Shown here: piece after piece, positions 44,017 through 54,228 of the stretch | Layout: every line of letters begins with the position of its first letter | How positions within the stretch are numbered: the first letter of the stretch is position 1 | DNA from: Deltaproteobacteria bacterium | GTDB taxonomy: Bacteria; Myxococcota; Kuafuiibacteriia; Kuafuiibacteriales; Kuafuiibacteriaceae | Length of the DNA stretch: 64,000 nucleotides | NCBI GenBank assembly: GCA_040218735.1 | Contig: JAVJQW010000011.1 | Location: forward strand, 192,001-256,000 | Direction: 5' to 3' | Notes under the pieces: model-generated | Seen by the model: only the letters and a program-made list of their open reading frames with translations | Database searches by the model: none | Told to the model about the DNA's origin: nothing | Position numbers and translations under genes: made by a program

Positions 44017-44983
44017 CGCGTTCGGCGGCGAAGGTCTCTTCGGCTTCGACGAAGACGATCTCGTCGTCACCCTCGACCTGGTAGCGCGCGAACTCGAACG
44101 GGTACGCGGAGACTTCGACGCCTACGAAGAAGCTACCGATGTGCCAGTTGAAGCCCGCGCCGACCTTCACGTAGCCGGCGCCGCCCTGTACGTCCGCGTC
44201 TTCGTAGAGGATGTCGTAGCCGAAGTGCGACGCGCCGCCGAGGATGTAGGGGTCGAAGCTCGAGCGCGGGTTCAGGTGGATCGTCAGCGCCGCCTCCATC
44301 AGGTGCGCGATCGCGTCGCGCACTTCACCGGCGCGGTTCGGATTCGCCCACGCCGAGCCGTCGACACGATCGAACCTGACCTCCTGCCGGCTGCGACGAC
44401 GGCGACCGCCCTCGTCGAAGTCGGAGATGCCGTAGGTGCCGATGGCGCCGGAGAGGCGGAGGCCGATGACGTCGGTCATGTAGACCTCCGCGCCGAGCCC
44501 GCCGAAGCCGCCGGACGTGTGGCCGATCAGGTTGCCGAAGAGCATCAGGTCCGCCTGCCCAGGTTCGTCGTCGCCGAACCAGGAGAAGGAATCCCACTCC
44601 TCCTCGGCGGTGCCCGCGGGCGGCGCAGCGGGAGGCGCCGGCGGCGTCCGCGGAGCCACGGGGGGCGGCGGTGCTGCGGGCGCCGGCGGAGCCGCGGGGG
44701 GCTCGGTCTTCTGCTCGCCGCCGACCACGACGACGTTCACGATCTGGTTGTTCTTGTCGGAGGTCTGGACGTGGACCTTGCCGTGTTTGGCCTCTTCGCG
44801 CTCGAGCGCTTCGAACGCCTCGGCGGCGCGTCCGCGCACGGTGGCGGGCTTGGGATCCTCTTCGTCGTCGAAGAAGTCGTCCTCGTCCTCGACGAGGATC
44901 TTCACCTTCGGCGGCGCCGCAACGAGCGACGTCGAGAGGGCAGTGAACGTGATGAGGGTGGAGGTGAAGAGGAGAATCTTCAT
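43982..44983 (-). CDS. secreted Pro-rich protein with C-terminal beta-barrel
   Basis: Signal peptide, PAAPP linker, DPYILGG..VGAGFNW, C-terminal GWRF. Confidence 0.72.
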   Translation of the reverse strand: MKILLFTSTLITFTALSTSLVAAPPKVKILVEDEDDFFDDEEDPKPATVRGRAAEAFEALEREEAKHGKVHVQTSDKNNQIVNVVVVGGEQKTEPPAAPPAPAAPPPPVAPRTPPAPPAAPPAGTAEEEWDSFSWFGDDEPGQADLMLFGNLIGHTSGGFGGLGAEVYMTDVIGLRLSGAIGTYGISDFDEGGRRRRSRQEVRFDRVDGSAWANPNRAGEVRDAIAHLMEAALTIHLNPRSSFDPYILGGASHFGYDILYEDADVQGGAGYVKVGAGFNWHIGSFFVGVEVSAYPFEFARYQVEGDDEIVFVEAEETFAAERVTGSAQVGWRF

Positions 44984-45960
44984 CGTCGCGCTCCCTTTTG
45001 GAGGTTGGGGTCGATGGAGAACCCACTCGCGAGCGAGCGGGCGATCTGGTCCGAGAACTGTTTCTGTTGGAAGGCCGTGGCGCGATCGGTGTCGAGGCGG
45101 CTCTCGATGGCGAACAGCCAGGCGCCGCGCTGCCACAACATGACGTAGCGACCGCGCGACTCGAAGAAGCGGTGCGCGCCTTCGCCGTGGTTCATCCCGA
45201 TGGAGAGCCCCGTCGGGACGGCGCGCGTCGCGTCGACGATCTGCCCGAAGAGCATCGCGGACGCCTCCGGCTTCACGAGGTGCACGCCGCTCACGCGCAC
45301 TCGCCCGCGGGCGCCGCGGTAGCTGCGCTGGAACGCGCCACGGATTGCGTCGTGCGCGAGCGACACGCGCGACACACCTCCGATGTCCATCGAGGGCGGG
45401 TCCTCGACGAACTTGCCGAGCCGGAGCCCGAGCCCGGGCGCCCAGCCGCGGAGGTCCGGCACCTCGACGCCGGCCGCCGGGACGGGCCGCTCGAACGGGA
45501 GCACCGCCTTGATCAGCGCGACCGAAGACGTCGAAACCGGCTCCGCGGAGAGCACGACCTTCGTCGCGCCCTGCCCCACGAACACCGGCGCCTTCGGGTC
45601 GGCGCGCTCACCGTCGGGGCCGAAGAACTCGGCGCCGCGAAGCTCGACGGTGGGCGGGAGGACCGCCCCGGCCGACAGGTGCAACGCACCGCCGGTGAGC
45701 GTGATCGACCCAAGGATCACGCCGCTCGGCCGGAGGACCACCTCGGAGTCGACGGCGTACACGTCGCCGCGCACGACGCCCTCGATTGCCACGCGCCCGT
45801 CGATGACCAAGAGGTCCCCGACCGCGCGTTCGAGCTCGATGGTCTTCTTCTCACCGGCGACGGTGAGGGCACCCGGCCCTACGGCCTCCGCGGTGAAGGC
45901 GAGGGAGGGCGCGAGCACCGCGAAGACCGTAAGGGCCGAAAATGCCGACAACTTCCTCAA
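44980..45960 (-). CDS. secreted protein with bactofilin/polymer-forming-like N-terminal beta-helix
   Basis: GDLLVIDGRVAIEGVVRGDVYAV..GVILGSITLTGG repeats; signal peptide. Confidence 0.6.
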   Translation of the reverse strand: MRKLSAFSALTVFAVLAPSLAFTAEAVGPGALTVAGEKKTIELERAVGDLLVIDGRVAIEGVVRGDVYAVDSEVVLRPSGVILGSITLTGGALHLSAGAVLPPTVELRGAEFFGPDGERADPKAPVFVGQGATKVVLSAEPVSTSSVALIKAVLPFERPVPAAGVEVPDLRGWAPGLGLRLGKFVEDPPSMDIGGVSRVSLAHDAIRGAFQRSYRGARGRVRVSGVHLVKPEASAMLFGQIVDATRAVPTGLSIGMNHGEGAHRFFESRGRYVMLWQRGAWLFAIESRLDTDRATAFQQKQFSDQIARSLASGFSIDPNLQKGARR

Positions 45961-46022
45961 GACGCCCCCTTTCGTTGCGGGGCGCCGGCGTTTTTATGAA
46001 ACGAAAGCTCGGGAGCCTCGAA

Positions 46023-46517
46023 TCACTCGACGCGGGCCAGCTTGCGCAGGTCCGAGGCCGCCTCGGGGAGGCGGTCGAAGTCCGGGTTCGAGGGGCCGAC
46101 CGACGACACGACCCAGCGCGCATCACCCGCGGTCAACGCGAGCGTGCGGTGGCTGGTCATGTGCCGGACGCTCCGGGTCTCGGTGTCCTTCACCTCGACG
46201 CGGAGGCCGACGAGCGGCACCCGGAACGGACGGCTCTTCCGCCGGAAGTCGATCACGAGGCCGGCCGAGAGCGCCGTCGCGATCGCGACGATGATCGCCA
46301 ACGTGAACCACCGGGGCGCGTCCGGCCCGACCCACCCGTAGGGGACCGAGGCGAACACACCGAACGCCCAGATCGCGACGAGCAGGCACATCACGTTCCG
46401 CTTCGAGCCCCGCGTCACCACCAGGTGGTCGTCGTCGACCGCGAACCGGGTGTCCAGGAGCGTCGGGAGCATCGTCATCGCAAAGAGAAACGTAGATCCC
46501 GGCGGCGCGGGGTCCAC
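46023..46517 (-). CDS. small membrane protein
   Basis: Two TM helices; start uncertain. Confidence 0.55.
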   Translation of the reverse strand: MDPAPPGSTFLFAMTMLPTLLDTRFAVDDDHLVVTRGSKRNVMCLLVAIWAFGVFASVPYGWVGPDAPRWFTLAIIVAIATALSAGLVIDFRRKSRPFRVPLVGLRVEVKDTETRSVRHMTSHRTLALTAGDARWVVSSVGPSNPDFDRLPEAASDLRKLARVE

Positions 46518-46547
46518 GGGAATCGGACCGCGCGATGACGATAGCGT

Positions 46548-47654
46548 TCAGCCGACGCCGAGCATGGTGTGGTCGAGGATGTCGTCGACGACCCGCTTCA
46601 TGTCGCCGGTCTCGTCGTAGACCTCGAGCTGGCGGTCTGCGCTGGTGCCCTCGCGGCAGATGCGTCGGATACCTTCGAGCGCGTCGCGGGAGTCGAGGTC
46701 ATCGACGACGTCGTCCACGAAGTCGAGCATCTCGTCCATGAGCTGCCCGAACGGCTGCTGCGTCTGTTTGCCGAAGTCGATCAACGTGCCCTTCACGCCG
46801 TAGCGCGCGGCGCGCCACTTGTTCTCGTCCATGAAACCTTCGCGGTGCATCTGGAACGAGAGGTTCTGGCGACGCAGCTTGGTGAGCTTCGCGACGATCG
46901 CCTGCACGAGCGCGGCGATCGCGATGACGTCGTCGACCCGCGTGGGGAGATCGCAGATGCGGAACTCGAGCGTGCTGAACGTGGGGTGCGGCCGGATGTC
47001 CCACCAGATGCGTCGTGCGTTGTCGATGCAGCCGGTCTTCACGAGCGTCTGGATGTAGTGCTCGTAGTCCGCGTACGTCTCGAAGCGCGTGGGGATGCCG
47101 GTGCGCGGGAGGCGCTTGAAGATCAGCGTGCGCGTGGAGCGCAGCCCGGTGCCGCGGCCGTTGAAAAACGGCGACGACGTCGACAGCGCGAGCAGGTGCG
47201 GCAGGAAGTAACGCGCCGAGTTGTAGACGGCGATGGCCTCCTCGCGATCCGGCACGCAGACGTGCACGTGCATCCCGAAGATGAGGTTCGCGCGGGCGAC
47301 GTCCTGCAGGTCATCGACGATCTCGTGGTAGCGCAGGTCTTCGCTGATGTTCTGGTCCTGCCACAGTGAGATGGGGTGCGTGCTCGCCGCGGCGATGCGC
47401 ATGCCGATGCGCCCCGCGATCGCCACTGCGGCGCGACGGTTCTTGATGACGTCGCGCCGCGCCTCGTGCACGTCGCCGCAGACGCCCGTCGCGACCTCGA
47501 CGACCGACTGGTGAAGCTCCTTCTGCAGCTCCACCTCGTCGATCGGCGTGCGCGCCTCCATCAGCTGGGAGATCAGACTCGACAGCTCCCGGGTCTCGGG
47601 GTCGACGATCTGGTACTCCTCCTCGATACCGAGGGTGAACTCGCGGTCGGGCAT
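46548..47654 (-). CDS. ybdK: carboxylate-amine ligase (YbdK/GCS2 glutamate-cysteine ligase family)
   Basis: FTLGIEEEYQ, FGMHVHV, LSTSSPF, WWDIRPHP, TLEFRICD, ENKWRAARYG. Confidence 0.93.
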   Translation of the reverse strand: MPDREFTLGIEEEYQIVDPETRELSSLISQLMEARTPIDEVELQKELHQSVVEVATGVCGDVHEARRDVIKNRRAAVAIAGRIGMRIAAASTHPISLWQDQNISEDLRYHEIVDDLQDVARANLIFGMHVHVCVPDREEAIAVYNSARYFLPHLLALSTSSPFFNGRGTGLRSTRTLIFKRLPRTGIPTRFETYADYEHYIQTLVKTGCIDNARRIWWDIRPHPTFSTLEFRICDLPTRVDDVIAIAALVQAIVAKLTKLRRQNLSFQMHREGFMDENKWRAARYGVKGTLIDFGKQTQQPFGQLMDEMLDFVDDVVDDLDSRDALEGIRRICREGTSADRQLEVYDETGDMKRVVDDILDHTMLGVG

Positions 47655-48793
47655 GCGCGACAGGAGGATAACTGGATTCGGACTTTCGAGCAGGGGGCTG
47701 GCCCTCGTCGCCCTCCTCTGTCCCGCCGTCGCCCACGGGCAGCTCACGGGAGACTGGGGCGGCCACCCGCACCGCACTGGCCGAGTCCGGCCTGACGCTC
47801 GAGGTCGAGTACTTCGGCGACGTGATGGCTGCGGCGGCGGGTGGTGTCGAGCGGGGCGCGGACCTGATCGGGGCCGTCGATGTCGTCGTCGGCGCCAACC
47901 TGGAGCGCCTCTTGGGCTGGTCCGGGGGCCGCTTGCTCGTCGATCTGCTCGGGATCCACGGTACGGCGTTCTCGCGGCGGATTGGCGACGTTCAGGTCAC
48001 CGACAACATCGAGGCGCCGCCGACGGTGACGCTCTACCGTGCGTACCTCGAGCAGCGTCTCCTGAACGACCGCCTCCGAATCGCCGCGGGCGTCTACGCC
48101 GTCGACTGGGAGTTCGATATCGCGCCGTCCGGGGATCTGTTCGTCCACAGCTCGTTCGGCACGGGCGGTGACCTCGGCAACGCAGGCCGCGGGGGCGCGT
48201 CGATCTACCCGGCGAGCGGGCTCGGCCTTCGGGTCTTGGTCGAACCCGTCGCGGGCTTCACGTTCCGCGCGGCGGTCACGGACGGCGTGCCACGTGAGAC
48301 CACCGACCCGTGCTGCGTGCACGTGTCCTTGTCCCGCGACGACGGCGCCTTCGTGATCGCCGAGGCCGCCTACGACGACGAGCGTGTGAAGGTGGCGGTC
48401 GGAGCGTGGCGCTTCACGACGCGCTTCGAAGAGCGGCGCGGCACCAGCGGCGTCTATGCGCTCGCGCAGGTCCCGGTCGCGGATCAATGGGGAGCCTTCG
48501 TCCGCGCGGGCGCCGCAGAGCCGGTCGGCAACCTCGTCGACATCTACATCGGCGGCGCGGTGGTGGGGCGCAACCTCGTCTTCGACGAGGATCGCATCGG
48601 CGCGGGGGTCGCCTCCGCGCGTCCCGTCGGACGGGCGCGCTGGGAGACGGCCTTCGAGCTGACTTGGCTCGTCCCGATCGTCCGGGGCTTCGGGCTGCAA
48701 CCTGTCTTGCAAGCCGTGACGAACCCGGGGTTCGCGCCCGTCGGCACGCGCGCCGCGCTGGTCGTCGGGGCCCGTGGGATCGTGTCGCTGTGA
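47653..48793 (+). pseudogene. OprB-family carbohydrate-selective porin with +1 frameshift near 47764 (real or assembly error)
   Basis: Signal peptide + QLTGDWGG in one frame; TRTALAESGLTLEVEYFGDV and the rest of the porin in the next frame. Confidence 0.8.
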
Positions 48794-48865
48794 ACAGCGT
48801 GCTGGACCTGCGAAGGACGTCGGCCTCGTCGACGGGGACGAACGCCGCCTCGTCGAGTGGGCGCG

Positions 48866-50302
48866 CTAAGCCGCTTCCTTGAGCGCTGCGTTCAGCTCGA
48901 GGAGCGCCTTCTTCCCGTCGCCGAACAGCATCAATGTGTTGTCGGCCGCGAAGAGCGGGTTGGGGATGCCGGCGAAGCCCGGGGAGAGGGAGCGCTTCAC
49001 GACGACGACCGTGCGCGCTTTGTCGACGTCCAGGATGGGCATCCCGGCGATCGGGCTGGTCGGGTCGGTGCGGGCGACCGGGTTCACGACGTCGTTCGCG
49101 CCGATGACCAACACCACGTCGGTCTGCTCGAACTGCGTGTTCACGTCGTCCATCTCCAGGAGCTTGTCGTAGGGGATGTCGGCCTCGGCGAGGAGCACGT
49201 TCATGTGCCCCGGCATCCGGCCCGCGACCGGGTGGATGCCGAACTCGACGTTCACGCCGCGCTCGGCCAGCAGGTTCGAGAGGTCACGCACCGCGTGCTG
49301 CGCCTGCGCCACCGCGAGGCCGTAGCCCGGGACGATGACGACGTTCTGTGCGCCGTCGAAGAGCATCGCGACCTCGTCCGCCGAGGACGCCTTCACCTTG
49401 CCGGCGTACACGTCGTCCGCCGAGGGTCCGTCCGCGGACGCCTCCAGCTTGGCGAACAACACGTTCGTCAGCGAACGGTTCATCGCCTTGCACATGATCT
49501 GCGTGAGGATGAGCCCCGATGCACCGACCAGCGAACCGGCCACGATCAACACGTTGTTTTGCAGCACGAAGCCCGTCGCCGACGCCGCGAGCCCCGAGTA
49601 CGAGTTCAACAACGCGATCACCACGGGCATGTCGGCGCCGCCGATCGGGATGACCAACATGATTCCGAGCACCGACGCGACCCCGACGAGCACCCAGTAG
49701 TTCTGCACCGCGGTCGGCTCCATCGTGACCCACGCGCCGAGGCCGATCGACCCGGCCGCGAGCAACGCGTTGACGACCTGCTGCCCCGGCACGCCCCTCA
49801 GCTTGGAGATCGCCTTGATCTCCTTCAGCTTCGCAAACGCGACCAACGAGCCGGTGAACGTCACCGCACCGATGATCCCGGAGGCCACCGTCGCCACGAC
49901 CAGCGTCGTGCTCACGGACGTCACGCCCGTCTTCACCAGCGCGGTGTCGACGGCGTCGAGCCCGCTCATCCCCGTCGCGGTGTAGAGCGCGGCCCCCGCG
50001 ACCAACACCGAAGCGATGCCGCCGAAGCCGTTGAAGATCGCGACCAGCTCCGGCATCGAGGTCATCTCGACCTTCACCGCGAGCACGGCGCCGATGATCG
50101 CGCCCGCCGCGAGCCCCGCGACGATCCAGGTGGGGGACACGATCTCCTTGTTGAAGAGTGTCACCACCACGGCGATCAGCATGCCGATCGCCCCCATCAT
50201 GTTCCCGCGCACCGCCGTGCGCGGGTGGGTCAGCCCCTTCAGCCCGAGGATGAAGATGACCGACGCAACGAGATACGCACTATTGATGATCGTTTCGCGC
50301 AT
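48866..50302 (-). CDS. pntB: NAD(P) transhydrogenase beta subunit
   Basis: IGGADMPVVIALLNSYSG, GIHPVAGRMPGHMNVLLAEA, IGANDVVNP. Confidence 0.97.
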   Translation of the reverse strand: MRETIINSAYLVASVIFILGLKGLTHPRTAVRGNMMGAIGMLIAVVVTLFNKEIVSPTWIVAGLAAGAIIGAVLAVKVEMTSMPELVAIFNGFGGIASVLVAGAALYTATGMSGLDAVDTALVKTGVTSVSTTLVVATVASGIIGAVTFTGSLVAFAKLKEIKAISKLRGVPGQQVVNALLAAGSIGLGAWVTMEPTAVQNYWVLVGVASVLGIMLVIPIGGADMPVVIALLNSYSGLAASATGFVLQNNVLIVAGSLVGASGLILTQIMCKAMNRSLTNVLFAKLEASADGPSADDVYAGKVKASSADEVAMLFDGAQNVVIVPGYGLAVAQAQHAVRDLSNLLAERGVNVEFGIHPVAGRMPGHMNVLLAEADIPYDKLLEMDDVNTQFEQTDVVLVIGANDVVNPVARTDPTSPIAGMPILDVDKARTVVVVKRSLSPGFAGIPNPLFAADNTLMLFGDGKKALLELNAALKEAA

Positions 50303-50305
50303 CGC

Positions 50306-50590
50306 TCACTTCCTCTTGAACATGTCGAGCATGCGGTGGGTGACGAAGAAGCCCCCCACCACGTTGATGGTCGCGAACACCAGCGCCGCGAACCCGAGGT
50401 AGGTCGTCAGCGCGCCCTGGTCCGCGCCCGCCGAGATGAGCGCACCGGCGATCGTGATGCCGGAGATCGCGTTCGACCCCGACATCAGCGGCGTGTGCAG
50501 CGTCGGCGGGACCTTCGTGATGATCTCCACGCCGACGAAGATCGAGAGCACGAAGATCGTGATCCCGGTGACGAGAATTTCCAGCTCCAT
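50306..50590 (-). CDS. pntA: NAD(P) transhydrogenase alpha subunit, membrane part (alpha2)
   Basis: VPPTLHTPLMSGSNAISG, INVVGGF.VT.RML.MF. Confidence 0.95.
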   Translation of the reverse strand: MELEILVTGITIFVLSIFVGVEIITKVPPTLHTPLMSGSNAISGITIAGALISAGADQGALTTYLGFAALVFATINVVGGFFVTHRMLDMFKRK

Positions 50591-50593
50591 GCC

Positions 50594-51799
50594 CTACGCC
50601 TCCGCCGCCGCGGGCTCCGCGGCCTCGGCCGGCTTGTCCAACGCCGGCAGCCCCAACACGTCGCGCACGCGCCCGTGCACGATCTCTTTGTCCTTCGTCA
50701 TCACCACGCCCGACGTGATCTCGTCCGCCATGTCGAGGACCAGGTTGCCCTCCTTGTCGACGAGGTGCTGAAGGAGCGTCGTCACGTTCTTCGCGTACAT
50801 CTGCGACGCGTGGAACGGGATGGTCGCGGGCAGGTTCGTCGGGCCGAGGATCGTAACGCCGTCGGTGTGCACCGTCTCGTCCGCCTTCGACGGCTCGACG
50901 TTGCCGCCACGCTCCGCCGCGAGGTCGATGATCACCGAGCCGAGCGGCATGCGCTTCACCATCTCCGCCGTGACGAGCACCGGCGACTGCTTGCCGGGGA
51001 TCGCCGCCGTGGTGATCACCACGTCCGACTCCGCGACGACCTCGCCCATCAGCTCGCGCTGCTTCTTGTAGAACTCTTCGCCGAGCGCCTTGGCGTAGCC
51101 GCCCTTGTCCTCGGCCTCACCCGCGTCGACCGCGAGCTCCACGAACTTCGCGCCGACGCTCTGCACCTGCTCCTTCACCGCCGGCCGCACGTCGTACGCC
51201 TTCACCACGGCGCCGAGGCGCTTCGCCGTCGCGCAGGCCTGGAGGCCGGCGACGCCGCAGCCGATCACGAAGACGTGCGCGGGGGCGACCGTGCCCGCCG
51301 CGGTCATCATCATCGGGAACATCTTGGGCAGGTGCGACGCCGCGAGGAGCACCGCCTTGTAGCCGGCGATCGTCGCCATCGACGACAGCGCGTCCATGCT
51401 CTGCGCGCGCGTGATGCGGGGGATGAGCTCCATCGCCACGAGCGTCGCGCCGGTCTTGGCGATCGCCGCCGTCATCTCCGTCTTGGCGAGCGGGTCGGAG
51501 AACCCGACCACGAGCTGGCCCTCGCGGAACATCGCGACATCGTCGAGCCCGTGCTGCGCGTTCGCCCCCGGGGCACGCACCATGGCGAGGATGTCCGCCT
51601 TGTCGAAGATCGCCTTACGGTCGTTCTCGACCGTCGCGCCCTTGTCGACGTACTCGGCGTCGCTGTAACCGGCGCTCTCGCCGGCGCCCGCTTGGATCAG
51701 GACGTCGATCCCACGCTTCTTCAGGGCGGGGAGGACCGCGGGCGTCAGCGCGACCCGCAGCTCACCGGCGAACGTCTCCTTCGGTACACCGACATGCAT
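50594..51799 (-). CDS. pntA: NAD(P) transhydrogenase alpha subunit, NAD-binding part (alpha1)
   Basis: GVPKE..GELRVA, PRITRAQSMDALSS, GCGVAGL, DLAAERGGN. Confidence 0.95.
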   Translation of the reverse strand: MHVGVPKETFAGELRVALTPAVLPALKKRGIDVLIQAGAGESAGYSDAEYVDKGATVENDRKAIFDKADILAMVRAPGANAQHGLDDVAMFREGQLVVGFSDPLAKTEMTAAIAKTGATLVAMELIPRITRAQSMDALSSMATIAGYKAVLLAASHLPKMFPMMMTAAGTVAPAHVFVIGCGVAGLQACATAKRLGAVVKAYDVRPAVKEQVQSVGAKFVELAVDAGEAEDKGGYAKALGEEFYKKQRELMGEVVAESDVVITTAAIPGKQSPVLVTAEMVKRMPLGSVIIDLAAERGGNVEPSKADETVHTDGVTILGPTNLPATIPFHASQMYAKNVTTLLQHLVDKEGNLVLDMADEITSGVVMTKDKEIVHGRVRDVLGLPALDKPAEAAEPAAAEA

Positions 51800-51863
51800 G
51801 CCGGCGCCGAGTTAGCCCCAATGCCCACCGCAGGCAAGTGCGCGCGACGGGTGTCGCAGGGCG

Positions 51864-52880
51864 TCAATCCGGGACGAGGACGACCTTTCCGAGGTTTTCA
51901 CGGTCGTGGAGGATCTGATGCGCGTCCGCCGCCCGCGAAAACGGCACCGCCGCGTGGACGCGCACGCGCAAGACACCCTGCGCCCACAGCTCGAGGAGGT
52001 GGCCGAGCCAGCCGCTCAGGCGGTCCGCCTCGTTCCACATGCGGCCCATGTTCACGCCCATGATCGCCTTGTTCTCGTTCAACAGCGCGATCGGGTTGAA
52101 CTTCAGCCAGGGGATCTTCGCAGCGCTCGACACGTAGTCGACGAGGTTTCGCGTCGTGCCCTTCGCCGCCGCGGAGAACCCGAAACACACGAGCTTCCCG
52201 CCGGTGCGGAGGAGGCGGAAACCCTTCGCCCAGGACTCGCCGCCGATCGGGTCGAGCACGATGTCGAACGGCGGATCGTCGGCGAGCGCCCGCTCGTAGT
52301 CCTCGGTCGTGTAGTCGACGACTTTCGAATAGCCGAGCTCCATCAACATGTCGTGTTTCCACCGCGACGCGGTGCCGACCGCGATCGCGCCGCGCCGACG
52401 GATCAGATCCAACGCGGCGAGTCCGACGCCGCCGCCCGCGGAGTGCACGAAGACCCGATCACCCTCGCGGACACGCGCCATCTCCTCGAGCATCATCCAC
52501 GCCGTCAGCCCCGTGACCGGGATGGCGGCGGCGGTGACCGCGTCGAGCCCCTCGGGGCGCCGGACCGCCTGCACCTCGCTCACCACGACGTGGGACGAGT
52601 AACCGCCGAAGCGCGTCGCCGCGACGACCGGCGTCCCGACCTTGCCGCGCTCGACGCCGATGCCGACCTCGTCGATCACCCCCGCGACCTCGTAGCCGAC
52701 GACCGCCGGCAGCGGCGGCGCGTCCGGGTAGACGCCGATGCGGGTCATCAGGTCCGCGAAGTTCACGCCGGCGGCCTCGACGCGCACGCGCACCTCGCCG
52801 ACGCCGGGCATCGGGTCGGCCTTCTCACGAACCTCCAGGACGTGTGGTTCGCCCGTGCGCGGGATCCAGACCTGCTTCAT
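51864..52880 (-). CDS. MDR-family NADPH:quinone oxidoreductase (VAT-1-like)
   Basis: GVNFADL, GYEVAG, TRFGGY, HSAGGGVG, RENLGKVVL. Confidence 0.9.
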   Translation of the reverse strand: MKQVWIPRTGEPHVLEVREKADPMPGVGEVRVRVEAAGVNFADLMTRIGVYPDAPPLPAVVGYEVAGVIDEVGIGVERGKVGTPVVAATRFGGYSSHVVVSEVQAVRRPEGLDAVTAAAIPVTGLTAWMMLEEMARVREGDRVFVHSAGGGVGLAALDLIRRRGAIAVGTASRWKHDMLMELGYSKVVDYTTEDYERALADDPPFDIVLDPIGGESWAKGFRLLRTGGKLVCFGFSAAAKGTTRNLVDYVSSAAKIPWLKFNPIALLNENKAIMGVNMGRMWNEADRLSGWLGHLLELWAQGVLRVRVHAAVPFSRAADAHQILHDRENLGKVVLVPD

Positions 52881-53563
52881 GACGCCTTCTTTCGCTTCGT
52901 CTTCAGACGGGTGTTGTTCTTCGCCTCGTCGGCGATGCGCTTCTTCGACGCGGCCCAGCCACAGATCGGGCACGCCGCGAGGTCGTGGTAGAGCGCCGGG
53001 CAATGCTCGCGCCCGAAGTAGATGATCTGCAGGTGCAGCTTCGACCACGTGTCGCGCGCGAAGATCTTCTTGAGGTCGACCTCGACGTGGTCCGCGGTCT
53101 TGCCCGACGACAGCCCCCACCGGTGCGCGAGGCGATGGATGTGCGTGTCGACGGGGAACGCCGGCTGCCCGAAGGCCTGCGCCATCACGACGTTCGCCGT
53201 CTTGCGCCCGACGCCGGGGAGCTTCACGAGCGCGTCGAAGTCCGCGGGGACCTCACCGCCGTGCTCCGCTTCGAGCATCGTCCCGAGCCCCTTGAGGGAC
53301 TTCGCCTTCTGCGGCGCGAGCCCGATCTGACGGATGATCTGCCGGATCTGCTCGACCTCGAGCGCGGCCATCTTCGCGGGGGTGGGCGCCACCGCGAACA
53401 GGTCGGGCGTGACCTCGTTGACCTTTTTGTCGGTGGTCTGCGCGGAGAGCACCACGGCGACGAGGAGCGTGAACGGATCCGCGTGATCCAGGGGGATCGG
53501 CGGCTCGGGGTAGAGCGCCTCCAGGGTCTCGAGGATGCGCGCCGCCTTCTCCGCCCGCTTCAT
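52877..53563 (-). CDS. nth: endonuclease III
   Basis: LLVAVVLSAQTTD, HhH LPGVGRKTA, FPVDTHIHR. Confidence 0.93.
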   Translation of the reverse strand: MKRAEKAARILETLEALYPEPPIPLDHADPFTLLVAVVLSAQTTDKKVNEVTPDLFAVAPTPAKMAALEVEQIRQIIRQIGLAPQKAKSLKGLGTMLEAEHGGEVPADFDALVKLPGVGRKTANVVMAQAFGQPAFPVDTHIHRLAHRWGLSSGKTADHVEVDLKKIFARDTWSKLHLQIIYFGREHCPALYHDLAACPICGWAASKKRIADEAKNNTRLKTKRKKAS

Positions 53564-53703
53564 GACCGCCCCTCTTAGTTCGGGGCGCACGCCAAGTCGA
53601 CCCGCGTCGTCCTTCGAATGATTTCGGCACCTTGCCCCACGAAATGACCGCCCCTGAAACATGTCGCAACATGTACGACATGTAGCCGATAAGCATACTA
53701 GCC

Positions 53704-54189
53704 ATGCGTACCGGAGACCGCTTCGACCCCACCCCTCGCGTCGAGGGCGTCCACCTGCACATGTTCGTCGGAGGTTCCTTCGACGCGCAGCGGGTCGGCC
53801 GCATGGTCGGCACCTACCAGGCGGGGATGGGCTGCGCGACGCACCACGTCTTCGACATCCCGGTCGCGAAGCTGAAGCCGGTCGTCCAGAAGAGCATCCC
53901 GGACTCGATCGCCTCGAACCGCGACGGGAGCATCATCCGCATCTACGTCCCGATCTCCAAGAACGGGCAGGTCGGCGAGATCGGCCTGATGAACGGCGTC
54001 TACAAGGCGCCCGCGCACCCCTTCGTGCCGCGCGACGGCGGCCCGATCTACTGCGCGCCGAACGACGCGGCCAAGTACCTCGCGCGCGGCGAGACGCGGC
54101 AGAAGGGCTCGCTGATCAACCCCTGGTCCGACAACGACACCTGGCAGCCCGGCCCCGGTGACCGTTTCCGCGTCACCGAGCACACCTGA
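53704..54189 (+). CDS. hypothetical protein
   Basis: 161-aa ORF with strong GC3 bias; no family recognised. Confidence 0.65.
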   Translation: MRTGDRFDPTPRVEGVHLHMFVGGSFDAQRVGRMVGTYQAGMGCATHHVFDIPVAKLKPVVQKSIPDSIASNRDGSIIRIYVPISKNGQVGEIGLMNGVYKAPAHPFVPRDGGPIYCAPNDAAKYLARGETRQKGSLINPWSDNDTWQPGPGDRFRVTEHT

Positions 54190-54228
54190 GCCGCCCCCCG
54201 CGACGTGCGGTAGGCTCGGCGCATCGCC

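Noticed and set aside
48866-51799. Split pntA as a pseudogene
   Set aside because: The three-subunit alpha1/alpha2/beta transhydrogenase is a well-known normal arrangement.
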